The notes under the pieces were generated by a model, which saw nothing but the letters and a program-made list of their open reading frames with translations, searched no databases and was not told the DNA's origin. The position numbers and the translations under genes were made by a program. A stretch of DNA of 64,000 nt, taken from contig JBGAJN010000001.1 of NCBI GenBank assembly GCA_044224905.1, forward strand, positions 780,705-844,704. The letters run 5' to 3'. The stretch comes from Limisphaerales bacterium. Its GTDB lineage: Bacteria > Verrucomicrobiota > Verrucomicrobiia > Limisphaerales > JBGAJN01. Below, one piece after another: positions 1 through 11,000 of this stretch. Every line of letters starts with the position of its first letter. Positions within the stretch are counted from its first letter, which is position 1.

Positions 1-1
1 C

Positions 2-3000
2 CGCAACACGACGCATTGCTATCCGTTGGATCGCGCGCAGAGTGTGCCGGAGTTCAAGAACGTGGCGCCCGGCGTCGCAAAGTTCTTCTGGTTGCACGCG
101 GAAGGGGACTTTGGTTATCCGCTGGAAGTTTCGAGCTCGCTCTATCGCAGTCGCGATCTGGTGCCCGTGCTCGCGAAAGCCGAGTTCAGCAATCCGAATT
201 CTCTCGAAGGCCAGCTCGCCTATGGGGTCGCCCGTTTCCGCGACAGTCATCCGACGCTGCTTTGTTTCGAGCAATCCGTGACCTTCTGCAATCCGGTGAA
301 CAAGGTGCAAACCGTCGCTGCGGCCAATCGTGCGGGAAACCAGGACGATTACTCAGCATCGAACCTCTCGATGCGCTTTGCAGCTGGACAACGCATCAAC
401 ATCGGGGCGTTCACGGGCTTCGTGCCGCGCGGTTGCCATCAGGAAGCGGAACTCGCATTTACGCAAGACACCCGCACTTCGACTCATGCGCCGGCCGTCT
501 CCGTCATCATCGGCTGCCACAACTACGAGGAGTTTCTCCCGGGTGCGGTCGAGAGCGTGTTGAATCAAACCTTCCGCGATTTCGAAATCATCATCGTGGA
601 CGATGGTAGCACGGACAACTCGCTCACCGTGGCAAAGCGCCTCGCGAGTGCGAACAACTCGGAAATCCCGATTCGCATTTTCCATCTCGAGAACGTCGGC
701 CCCGCCGCGACTCGTCGCTACGCGATCGAACAATCGCGCGGTCGCTACTACCTCCCGTTGGATGCGGATGACAAAATTGCTCCACAATATTTGGAGAAGA
801 CGGTGCCCGAGCTCGAAGCGGATCAGAAACTCGGCTTCGCCTACGTGGACACGGTTTACTTTGGCGATACGCAGCAGCACATCCGGCAGCCGGAGTATGA
901 TTTCTCGAAGCTGTGCGCGAATAACTTTATCAGCTATTGTTCGCTCGTTCGCCGCGCGGCGTTCGATGCCATCGACGGTTACGACCGCGCGAACTGGGGC
1001 TATTACGAGGATTGGGATTTGTGGATTCGCCTCGGACAAGCGGGCTGGCACGGCAAGCACGTGGCCGAGCCGTTGTTCTTCTATCACCACCATTTCGGAA
1101 CCTCGCTGAGCTTTTACTCGCTCCGTCTCGATCCGATCTATCGCGCGTACTTGGTGAGTCAGCATCCCGAGATTTATCCGCCGGCAACAATGGCGGAAGC
1201 GAAGAAGGTGCTCGCCGAAATGCCCGCGGGCTGGCACGCGGTGGCTCCGTTGAGAGAGGTCGCGCCCATCGAGAAGTTGCTCGCGCAACATCCCGACAAC
1301 CGCCATCTCCTGTTCTTCCTCGCGATCGCGCACTTCCGTGTGGGCAAGGTGAACAATGCGGTGAAGGTCCTGAATGATTTGCTCGCAAAGCATCCGCAAG
1401 ACGAACAAGCGCGCCAGGCGTTGAAGCAATTCAGCGCGGAAGCGACTCGTGCGCCGCAGTCCGACACGGCGAAAGCGCCGCTTGTTTCCGTGATCGTGCC
1501 GACTTACAACCGTCCGCACATGCTCCCGGAAACGTTGCAGAGCATCCTACGTCAGAGTTTCCAAGATTTTGAAATCGTCGTGGTGAACGACTGCGGAGCG
1601 GGCGTCTCCGAGCTCGTCAACAATCTGAATGGCTCCGGCAAGATTCGTTATCTCAAGCACGAGCGGAATCGCGGCCTCGCTGCGGCCCGCAACACCGGCA
1701 TCAAAGCCGCGCGTGGCAAATACATCGCCTACCTCGACGACGATGACATTTTCCTGCCGGATCACTTGAAGACGTTGGTGGAGTTCCTCGAGAATTCGAA
1801 CGGCGATGTTGCCTACACCGATTCGTATCGCGCTCATCAACGGAAGAACGGTGCGACGTTGGAGATCTTCCAACGCGACATCCCGTATTCGTTCGACTTC
1901 GATTACGACCGCATCCTCGTCGACAATTTTGTCCCCGTGCTGTGCTTCATGCACCGCAAGTCCTGCTGGGACGCCGCGGGCGGGTTCGATGAATCTTTGC
2001 CCGTCCTTGAAGACTGGGATCTGTGGATCCGCATGTCGCGTCTGTTTGACTTCGCGCACATCGCGAAGGTCACCTGCGAATTTCGCTGGCGGACCGACGG
2101 CTCGACCATGACCGTGGCCGACAGTGGAAAATTTCCGCGTGCTCGCGAAATCATCGCCGCCAAACGCGCCAGCCTGCCAGCACGCAGGGCGGCGGTCGCG
2201 AGCGCGCGCCCAAAAGTCAGTATCATCATCCTCACGTTGAATCAGTGGTGGCAGACCAAGCTTTGCCTCGAAAGCATCGCGCGGTTCACGCCGCAGTCGC
2301 ACGAACTGATCATGGTGGACAATGGTTCGAGCGACGAAACTGTCGCCAACCTCCGCGAATACGCGGCGCATCACACGAACGTTCGCGTGATCGTCAATCG
2401 CGGTAATCGTGGATTCGCCGCCGGCAACAATCTCGGCCTCGCCCTGGCGCGTGGTGAGAATGTGCTCTTGCTCAACAACGACACCGTCGTGACCGAAGGC
2501 TGGTTGGAACGCATGCTCGCGGTGTTCGATCGCCATCCTCAGACGGGAATTGTCGGTCCGGTTTCGAACTACGTTTCCGGTCCGCAACTCGTGCCGCAGG
2601 TTACTTACAAGTCGCTCGATGGACTTCCGGCTTTTGCCGCCGCGTGGTCATCGGCTCACGCCGGTCAGTCTGCCGAAGCGGTGCGTCTCGTGGGCTTCTG
2701 CCTGCTCGCACGCCGCGCGGTCATTGATCGCATCGGTGGACTCGACGAACAGTTCGGCAGCGGCAATTTCGAGGACGACGATTTCTGTTTGCGCGCTCGG
2801 CTCTCGGGTTTCCAGGCGCGGATTGCGCAGGACAGTTTCGTGCATCACACCGGCAGCCAGACCTTCAAGGGCGAGAAGATCGATTACTCGCAGGCGATGC
2901 AGCGCAATTGGAATGTGTTCCGCACCAAATGGGGCATCAAAGAAGCCACGGCTCAAGGTGGCTACGTGATTCCGAATCAGTTCCCGGCAAACTTCGCCGT

Positions 3001-5065
3001 GAAGGTTGCCTTGCCGACGCTTGATGCATCGCATCGCACGGATGTGAGCCAACGCTGGTGGGAAGAAACGACGTCGACTGCCACGCAACCTGCAGCCAAG
3101 CCTGCGACGAAGAAAACTGTCACCGTCGAATTGCCAACCGTGGGCAAGCTCGGCTGGTTGAATCGCGTGAATGAGCTTTTCGCGAAGAAAGATCTTCGTG
3201 GCGCTTGGGAAGCGGGATTGGTTGCGCTGAAGGAACGCCCCTTCCATCCCGAGGCCTATCTGCGGCTCGGCGAGATCGCGCTCATTGGCGGAAATCCCGC
3301 GTTGGCGCGTGAGTGTGTGGAGCGGGCTCGTGCACTGGCGCCTGAATGGAAGCCGGCGAAGAAATTCCTCAAATCCATCCCCACCAACTCAAAGCCCGCG
3401 AAGCTTGACTGGACGCCGCTGCCTGAAGTTCCGGCGAAGCCACGTCTGAGCGTTTGCTTGATCGTGAAAAACGAAGAGCGCTTCCTGGGTCAGTGCTTGA
3501 AATCCGTTCGTGGCATTGCTCACGAAATCATCGTTGTGGATACGGGTTCCACCGATCGGACCGTCGAGATCGCTCGCGAACACGGCGCGAAGATTTACAC
3601 GTTCAAGTGGGACGACAATTTCAGTCATGCGCGCAACGCGGCGCTTGAGCGCGCGACGGGCGATTGGATTTTGTTCCTCGATGCGGACGAAGAATTGACT
3701 CCGGAGGCCGTGCAAACGCTGGCGAAGGAAATGTCCAACCCGAATGTCATCGCGTATCGCCTTCCTTTGCACAACGCGGGGATGAACGAAGTTTGCGGTG
3801 GTTACGTGCCTCGTTTGTATCGTAACGCGCCGGGACTCTTTTATCACAGCCGCGTGCATGAGCAGGTTTATCCGAGCATTCTCGTGCGCGCTGGCGAGTG
3901 GAAACTGGCTGCCGAGCTGGGCACCACGCGCATTATCCATCATGGCTACGAGGACGAACTCGTCCGGAGCCGCGGCAAGGCCGAACGCAATTTGAAGCTC
4001 CTCAAACTTGCCGTGGAAGAGTGGCCGGGTGAACCCAATCTGCTGATGAACTTCGGTCTCGAACTCGCGCGTTCCGATCGTCGCGAAGAGGGGTTGGTGC
4101 AATATCGCGCTGCGTTCGATGCCATGTCCACGCAATCGATGGAGGAATATGTTCCTGAACTGCGGGAAGTGCTGCTCACCCAGTATGCGTTTCAGCTCCT
4201 GCAGGCGGGGCGTCAGAACGAGGCTGTCGAGGTGTTGCACAGCAAGCTTGCACGGTTGGCACCGTTGACTGCGTCGCATCATTTCCTTCTCGGCTTGGCC
4301 TATCTCGATCTCAAGCAGTTTGAAAAAGGCGCGGAGCAGTTCCGGCAATGTTTGAGCAAGCGCAAGCAGCCCGTGCTGTCGCCTGTAGTGCGTGACATCG
4401 TCAAGAGCGGCCCGCATCACTGCCTCGCGCTGTGCCTCAGCCAATTGAAGCAAACCGCCGCGGCGGACAAGGCGTTCCGTGACGCACTCGCTGAGGGTGA
4501 TGATTCACGCGCGTTGCGATTCGATTACGCGCGTTTCCTGTTTGAGCAAGGTGGCGAGCCGCTCGAAGCGCTGAAACTTGCGCACGAGCTCGTGGTGGCC
4601 AAACCCGACGATGGTCGGACCTGGTTGCTTGGCGGCGCGATTGCGCTGAGCCGGCCCGATTACTTGGAATTCGCCCGCGATTGGACCGCCGAAGCGATGA
4701 AGAATTTCCCGACGCACGCCGCGGTGGTGACCCAGCGCGCCGAGGCGCTGTTGCTCAGCGGTGATGTGGAATCTGCGTTGCCGCTCTGGCGCCAGATCGC
4801 GGCGAGTCAGAACCCGGCGCATCTCGCGGCCCTGGCGGTTTGCGAATTGGCATCGGGTGAAACGCTGACAACGATTTCCAAGGCAGAGCAAAACCGAGTG
4901 AGCCAGGCGTTCATTGGCTGGTATCGCCGCTTGCTCGCTTGCGGCGCTCAGAGTGTGCTGATGCGCATCAATGAGCGCGCGGAGCAATTGCGCTTCGCGC
5001 TGCCGGCGGCTGGTCAGACGATCTGTGCGGCGATGGATGAAGCTGAACCCGCTCCCGCCGCTTAA
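2..5065 (+). CDS. Multidomain glycosyltransferase with four GT2 (GT-A fold) domains plus TPR repeats; 5'-partial, frame open to the window edge
   Basis: One 1679-codon ORF. The GT2 N-terminal signature occurs four times. Copy 1 is at aa ~158 (VSVIIGCHNYEEF...FEIIIVDDGSTDNS, nt ~497). Copy 2 is at aa ~487 (VSVIVPTYNRPHML...FEIVVVNDCG, nt ~1484). Copy 3 is at aa ~731 (VSIIILTLNQ...LIMVDNGSSDETV, nt ~2216). Copy 4 is at aa ~1141 (LSVCLIVKNEERFL...IIVVDTGSTDRT, nt ~3446). Each copy is followed by an acidic DxD-type motif (DADD, DDDD, EDDD, DADE). TPR-like helical repeats lie between domains and in the last ~300 aa. The listed TTG at 26 has no Shine-Dalgarno sequence, and the frame has no stop back to nt 2. 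Confidence 0.85.
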   Translation, partial: RNTTHCYPLDRAQSVPEFKNVAPGVAKFFWLHAEGDFGYPLEVSSSLYRSRDLVPVLAKAEFSNPNSLEGQLAYGVARFRDSHPTLLCFEQSVTFCNPVNKVQTVAAANRAGNQDDYSASNLSMRFAAGQRINIGAFTGFVPRGCHQEAELAFTQDTRTSTHAPAVSVIIGCHNYEEFLPGAVESVLNQTFRDFEIIIVDDGSTDNSLTVAKRLASANNSEIPIRIFHLENVGPAATRRYAIEQSRGRYYLPLDADDKIAPQYLEKTVPELEADQKLGFAYVDTVYFGDTQQHIRQPEYDFSKLCANNFISYCSLVRRAAFDAIDGYDRANWGYYEDWDLWIRLGQAGWHGKHVAEPLFFYHHHFGTSLSFYSLRLDPIYRAYLVSQHPEIYPPATMAEAKKVLAEMPAGWHAVAPLREVAPIEKLLAQHPDNRHLLFFLAIAHFRVGKVNNAVKVLNDLLAKHPQDEQARQALKQFSAEATRAPQSDTAKAPLVSVIVPTYNRPHMLPETLQSILRQSFQDFEIVVVNDCGAGVSELVNNLNGSGKIRYLKHERNRGLAAARNTGIKAARGKYIAYLDDDDIFLPDHLKTLVEFLENSNGDVAYTDSYRAHQRKNGATLEIFQRDIPYSFDFDYDRILVDNFVPVLCFMHRKSCWDAAGGFDESLPVLEDWDLWIRMSRLFDFAHIAKVTCEFRWRTDGSTMTVADSGKFPRAREIIAAKRASLPARRAAVASARPKVSIIILTLNQWWQTKLCLESIARFTPQSHELIMVDNGSSDETVANLREYAAHHTNVRVIVNRGNRGFAAGNNLGLALARGENVLLLNNDTVVTEGWLERMLAVFDRHPQTGIVGPVSNYVSGPQLVPQVTYKSLDGLPAFAAAWSSAHAGQSAEAVRLVGFCLLARRAVIDRIGGLDEQFGSGNFEDDDFCLRARLSGFQARIAQDSFVHHTGSQTFKGEKIDYSQAMQRNWNVFRTKWGIKEATAQGGYVIPNQFPANFAVKVALPTLDASHRTDVSQRWWEETTSTATQPAAKPATKKTVTVELPTVGKLGWLNRVNELFAKKDLRGAWEAGLVALKERPFHPEAYLRLGEIALIGGNPALARECVERARALAPEWKPAKKFLKSIPTNSKPAKLDWTPLPEVPAKPRLSVCLIVKNEERFLGQCLKSVRGIAHEIIVVDTGSTDRTVEIAREHGAKIYTFKWDDNFSHARNAALERATGDWILFLDADEELTPEAVQTLAKEMSNPNVIAYRLPLHNAGMNEVCGGYVPRLYRNAPGLFYHSRVHEQVYPSILVRAGEWKLAAELGTTRIIHHGYEDELVRSRGKAERNLKLLKLAVEEWPGEPNLLMNFGLELARSDRREEGLVQYRAAFDAMSTQSMEEYVPELREVLLTQYAFQLLQAGRQNEAVEVLHSKLARLAPLTASHHFLLGLAYLDLKQFEKGAEQFRQCLSKRKQPVLSPVVRDIVKSGPHHCLALCLSQLKQTAAADKAFRDALAEGDDSRALRFDYARFLFEQGGEPLEALKLAHELVVAKPDDGRTWLLGGAIALSRPDYLEFARDWTAEAMKNFPTHAAVVTQRAEALLLSGDVESALPLWRQIAASQNPAHLAALAVCELASGETLTTISKAEQNRVSQAFIGWYRRLLACGAQSVLMRINERAEQLRFALPAAGQTICAAMDEAEPAPAA

Positions 5066-5080
5066 CGCGGGCGGCCGAGA

Positions 5081-8000
5081 TCACTTCACGATCACGCGAT
5101 AGAAGCGGGACGATGCGAGTTGCAGCGGCGGCGTTCCTCCGGTCTGCGACCCGTTGTCCACCCATTCGGCAACTCCAGCTTGCGGGAATGTCAGTGTCGG
5201 GTTCGCGACGGTGGTCCAGGTAACGAAGTCGGCCGTGTATTGAATTTGATAGATCTGCGTGCGATAGCCGACCTCACTCGCCGTTGTGAAGCGCACGGTG
5301 AGGTTGGAATTGCCGGCGACTGACGTGGTCGTCACCTTGAACGCGCTGGATGAGTCTGTCGGAACGGTTCCAGCGATGAACTCGTGATAGTTGTTCATTC
5401 CGTCTCCATCGAAATCCCCGAAGCGATCGGTGGCATTCGTGCCGTTGGCGAGGCTGCGCACCCCGAAGTATTTCAAAGCCCAGGCGTCGTAGATTCCATC
5501 GGTGTCCGTATCCGTGTAGCGGAATGCATCGGCGGTCAGCGTGTTCGCGCCGTAGCTCACGCGGAAACTGCCCAGAGTGTCGGCAGTAGTGAGCCGGAAG
5601 CCGGTTGATGGTGCGTTGAGGAAGAATGAGCCGCCGTTGAGCGCATATTGGACCAAGGTGAACACTTTGTTGGTTGGGGGCAGGAAGCTGTTCGTCAGTG
5701 AAAGTTCCAGCGTGCCGTCGAACACCGCGGTGCCGCCGATGGAGAGTACGTCATAGTCATTGGTCGCAATCAAACCACCGAGTTCAAAGGCGAGCGTTGC
5801 TTGCGACAGCATCTGAAGATCGCTGTCGATCCGCAGCGCGCCCACGGGGTTCCCGGGACGCAGCGCGCCATTGATTACCCATACTGTGTTGGACATCCGC
5901 CCGGAACCGCCGAGCGTCGCGCCGTTTTCGACGAAGACGTTGCCGATCGCTCCAGTGCCTGAGCCGACGGTGTTATTGACGAGGAGGGTTCCTTCGCTGA
6001 CCAATACATCGCCCGTGAAGGCGTTGGCGCCCGTAAGGCTTACGGTGCCGGGGCCCTCTTTGGTTACGCCATATGGGGTGCTGGAGGATTGGGCAATGTT
6101 CCCTGTGAAGTTGACGCGTGCGTTGGCTGGGGCGGTGAGCGTGACATTGTCCAGCAATGAGATGTTTCCAGAGAACGTGTTGGTAGAGTTGTTCGCTACG
6201 GTGCCGATCACTTTCGGACCGCCATAGATCGGATCTTCGATGACGATCGGCTGTGACATGCGATATGAGCCCGTGGTGAGCAACCGCGACGGGCCGGCGA
6301 TGACAACCAAGTTTCCGGAATCCCCGAGTGGGCTGGCGCGACCAACGGTGTCGGCGGTGACAAATACGTCGCCGCCATTGGCTTGGAGGCCGCCGGTGAA
6401 CGTGCTAAGGCCGGAGAGCGTCAGCGAACCGGAATTGAACTTGATGATGTTCACGCGGCCGGTGACGGCGCTGGTGATGTAGGATGCGTCGGTGTTGTTG
6501 AGGCGGAGGGTGGCGAGATTGGTGGAGCCGTTGACGACGTTGCCATCGCTCCAGAGGCTGGCGACTGACTGGTTGAACCCGTTGAGATCAAAGGTTGCGA
6601 AGTTGGTGATCGCGAGGCGTGACGCAATCGGCAACGTGTCGTTGCGACTGATACGCAGGATGCCTTCGTTCACAAACGTGCCGCCGGTATAGTTCAGTTT
6701 TCCGCCGAGGACGACCGTATCGAGGCCGACTTTCGTCAAGGAGCGGGCGCCGCCAATTTCCGTGATCGTGGCGTTGTTCGAAAAGATGACCCCGTTGCGA
6801 CCGATATCAACGCCGCTCTGGCCGACTTTGGAGTTGGCCGCGAGTTGAAGGGTGACGTTCGTGCCAACGGTGATAACTGCGGTTCGGGCATCGTCGATGT
6901 AGTTGTACGCTTCGATGGTTCCGCCGTTCAGTTGAATGGTTTTGTTGAGTGAGTTTGTGGCGGGCCCGGTTAGATTTAAGTTTGCGGCGAGTTGCAGATT
7001 GACGTTTGTGGGTACGATGTAGGTCTGCGCGTTAGTGGTGTTAGCGAAGCGGTTGAATTCGTTCTGCCAGCGTTCGGCGGAACCTGGCTGTTGGGTCAGC
7101 TGCGCGATCGGCGAGAAATTAGTCACGCCGCCAACCAGTTCGAACACGTTGTTTGCGGTGATGATCGCTTTGCTGGACGCGTCGCCCAGCGCGCCATTGT
7201 GCGCCACCGCGAGAACGCCCCCAGCGACATCGATGGTGCCGCCGCTGAAGGTTGTGCTGCTGTCGTTGGACAAGACGAGCGTGCCGTTCCCGAATTTCGA
7301 AAGTGTCCGCCCATTGCCCACCAAGCCGCCGAACGCGAAGCGATTCGATCCGCCGGTGATCGGGAACGTGAGATTTTGAACGTTCACGAGGCTATCAGCG
7401 TTGAGGGTGGCCGGGCCTTGGATGCTGAAAATATTCCGGCTGCCAGACTGGCGCACGAGGAGCACGGAGCCGAGCGGTCCATTCGAAATCGAATTCAAGT
7501 CGATGCCCGATGCGTAAGTCTGAGTGCGGTCGCTCTGGGCGCCGAAGTCGGTGGTAATGGTGTTGATGTCCTGATTTACCAATTTGCCGCCACCGTAGTT
7601 CATCGCGTTGCTGATGCCAGAGAACTGGAGCGTGACGCGGCCATTGAGATTCACCACGTTGCCCGGAGCGGTGACGCCCAGACCGTTGGTGGCGAAGTTG
7701 CCGAGCGCAACGGAACCGCGGTTGATGTTCCAACCGTTGGAATAGGTGTTCAGGCTGGAATCGAGTCGCAACTGGCCTTCGCCGAACTTCGTGATCGAGC
7801 CGGCGTTGATGGTCGTGTTGGTGAGGCGCGCGGTGAGGCCGTTTTGTACGTAGATCAAGGCCTCGTTCGTGCCGGTGTCGCCGAAGATTAAGTTCAGATT
7901 GCTGTGCGTTACGCTGCTGTTGAATAACAAGCCGCCGCTGCGGATGGTCAGATTCGAACTGGCACCGCCAACGATGGGGGCTCCCGATCGCAATGCGTAG

Positions 8001-11000
8001 ACCGCGGTATCCGCTGCCAGGGCGATTGACGAGGCGGTAACGGGCGTGGCGATCACATCATTTGCTCCAGCGGCGGTCAGCGGGTTGGCAGAGTAAACCA
8101 CGTTGGTGATGCCGGTAGCCGGGCTGTAGTTCGCAAACGTGACGTCGGTGGCGTTGATGATCCAAGGGGCGGTCATGCCGTTGTTCGTGGCGAGCGGTAC
8201 CGTCACAAGGAGTCGGGCGTTGGTGCTGCCGAGGAGGCCGGTGCCACGATTCAATTGCAGCGTGCCTGCGCCGATACGGTTAAGGCTGTCGAGTGTGAGC
8301 AGGGAAGTCGCGCCGGCGGTAGAACTGCTCGAGAGCGTCAACTGGCTGCCGAGCGCGGCGTTGAGCGCCCCAATTTTTTCAGCGCTCTGGATCGCGGCGG
8401 CGCGGCCGAGGTGTGACAGTATCGCGCCGTTCAAGGTGAGCGGCGCTGTGTCGCCCAGACGGTTGGTGTTGAGCGTGCCGGTGCTGTCCAATCGGATTTC
8501 GCCGCCCGGATGCGTCACGAAGAGGTTGTTGTTGCCATTGCCTGAAGCGTCGGCGAAGGAGCCATTGCCGTTGGCTTGCAACAAGCCATAGATGTCTACG
8601 CTGCCAGTGCCCAAGGGAGTGTTTGCCCGTCCGGTAGAGATGGTGAGGGCGCCGGAATTGATGACGGTGCCGCCGGTATAGCTGTTACTTCCGCCAATGA
8701 CGACGGAGCCGGCCGGGGGCACGCTGGCCAACGGCGAGGCAAACGGGTTGACGTTCACATCGAGGCTGCGGCTGTTGGTGAGGCCGTCACGCAGGAGATT
8801 GGCCGCGTTGAGCGAAACCGCATTGCTGCCCCCGCCAAATTTGTAGGTGGAGGCGTACGGCGTGATAAGGCCGGTGTGAGTCACGTTGAAGCCGTCGGGC
8901 GCACCGAGGCGCACGTCGCGGTTGGCGCCGGTGGGGCTGAGATCGAGGTTGTTGGTGAGATTGAACGCGAGCGCGAGCACACTATTCGGTGCGAAGGAGA
9001 ATTTGCCGAGCACGCTCACCAAATTGGCGTTGCTGAAGCCGCTGGCCAAGCTGGCCAACGCGCCGTTACCCACTTCAACGATGCCGCCGGGTAAGGCGTT
9101 CGTGTTGGCGAAAATAACGCGACCCGGCGTTCCGACCACGGAGGTTGCAACCTTGAAATTGCCGCTGAAGCCGCTGTTGTTGCCGCCGAGTTCGAGGCCG
9201 GTGCCGTTGTTCGCGATCAGCGTGAGGTTGCGCGCCGCTCCATCGGAACCGAAGTCGCTATTGATGACGATGCGGCTGCCGGTGCCGCCGCCCGAGCCGT
9301 TGACCAGAACGATTTGATTGTTTCCGGCGACCATCGCGGGGCCGACGAACGTGGCGGGCGCGAGCGTGGTGGCGTTGTAGAAGCCCGAGCTACCCGCGGT
9401 GATGGTCAGCGGGCCGCGGAGCGTGAGCGAGCCGGTATTTGTCACGAGTGGCAGGCCGGTTCCTTGCGCGGTGAAGTCCAGCGTCCCGCCGCCATTGAAC
9501 AGGAAGCCCGCGCCGTTCTGCACGGATCCGGAGATGATGAAATTGTTGGAGAGCACGTAGTTGTTGCTCGCGTTTTGTTGGAACGCGAAGGTGCTCCCGC
9601 CGCCGCCATCGATGCGGATGGGGCCGGATCCGAACGCATAACCGCCCGCGGGCGCATTGGCGGGGCGCCAGACGACGACTCCGTTCTCGATGACGGTGCC
9701 GCCGGTGTGGCTCGGCGCGATGAGGTTGGTGTAACCGAGATTCTCCGTGCCGAGTTTCCGCAGCACCGAGCCCGCGGTGCCTTCGGAAATGGGGCCGGCA
9801 AGGAGCACTGAGAATGGATTCGCCGACCGGGTATCGGTCACGTTGAAACCGGCGATGCCTTTTATGATTGTCGAGCCATCGACGCGTAGATTGAACGTGT
9901 TGCCGCCGGCAACCGTGAGCGTGCCGCCGTCATGATTGAGTTGGCTGATCTGGACCAAACCGTTCGCATTCGCGCCGCCGTAACGATCAACGTTGATGCC
10001 CGTGTTGTTCGTGGCGATGACGACGTAACCGTTTCCCGGACCGAAGACCTGGTTTGACAGCGAGCGCAATAACAGCGTCGCGTTGTCCAGCCAGATGTTG
10101 TTCGTGCCCGCCGGTGTGTTGGTGGCGCCATTTGCCGCGATTTGGAAACCGCCGTTGGTGATGAAGCTGCCGCCGCTGTAGTTATTGTTGACGAGGTTGG
10201 TCAGGAAGAGTGTGCCGGTGCCGATTTTTGCCAGCTGGGTGCCGGGCGCGGCTTCAGTGAGTTGGCCGTTGAAGACCACATTACCCGCCGCGTTGATGAG
10301 TTGGTCACCCTGTAGCACGACATTGCTTTGGAAGCGGAAGGTTGCCGCGAGTGTGTTGCTGCCGATGAAGGTCGCGGTGTCGTTCAGTTGGATATTGCCG
10401 CCGCCAACAAAAATGTTGTTGCTGACGGTGAACGGTGCCTGCACTCCGAGGAACATCCCATTGCCGCTGGTGAGTGTGAAAGTATTGGTGCCCTTCGGCA
10501 ATTCGAGCGATCCGATCTGAAAGGTGTTGTTCACGCCACTGGCGCCTGGGCGGTCAACATTGATTGTCGTGGGGCCGATGCCGGTAATGCCGTAGCCGTT
10601 GCCGACGCCAAAGATTTGATTGGTATCGCTCCGCAACTCGAGCGTCGCATTCGAGATGGTGACATCGCCCGTGCCGAGCGGCGTGGTGACGAACGTGGCG
10701 TTGTTGGTGTTCGTGCCACCAGTAACGCGCACGACACCCAGGCCGATGTAGGTGCCACCGCTGTAGGTATTATTGAACTGGTTGGTAATGAAGAGACGCG
10801 CGGTTCCCAGCTTCGTGAACGAAGAATTGCTGATGCTTTCGGAAATGGGGCCGTTCAAGATCACGTCGTTGCTCGCTGTCAGGCGGGCGTTTCCGTTGAG
10901 AGTTGTCGGCCCTGTAAAGCGAAGGACGAACGCGTTGCCACCCGCGACGACGACGTTGTTCGACGGCAGAGTGAGGGCTCCGAGGCTGATGGTCTTGGCG

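Noticed and set aside
353-4453. Long antisense ORFs inside the multi-GT2 gene: 353-1519, 1547-2587 and 3389-4453, all on the minus strand and 346-388 aa long
   Set aside because: Their translations are Arg/Ala/Gly/His-rich low-complexity sequence with no motifs, which is typical of the antisense frame of GC-rich genes. The plus-strand frame carries four clear GT2 signatures.
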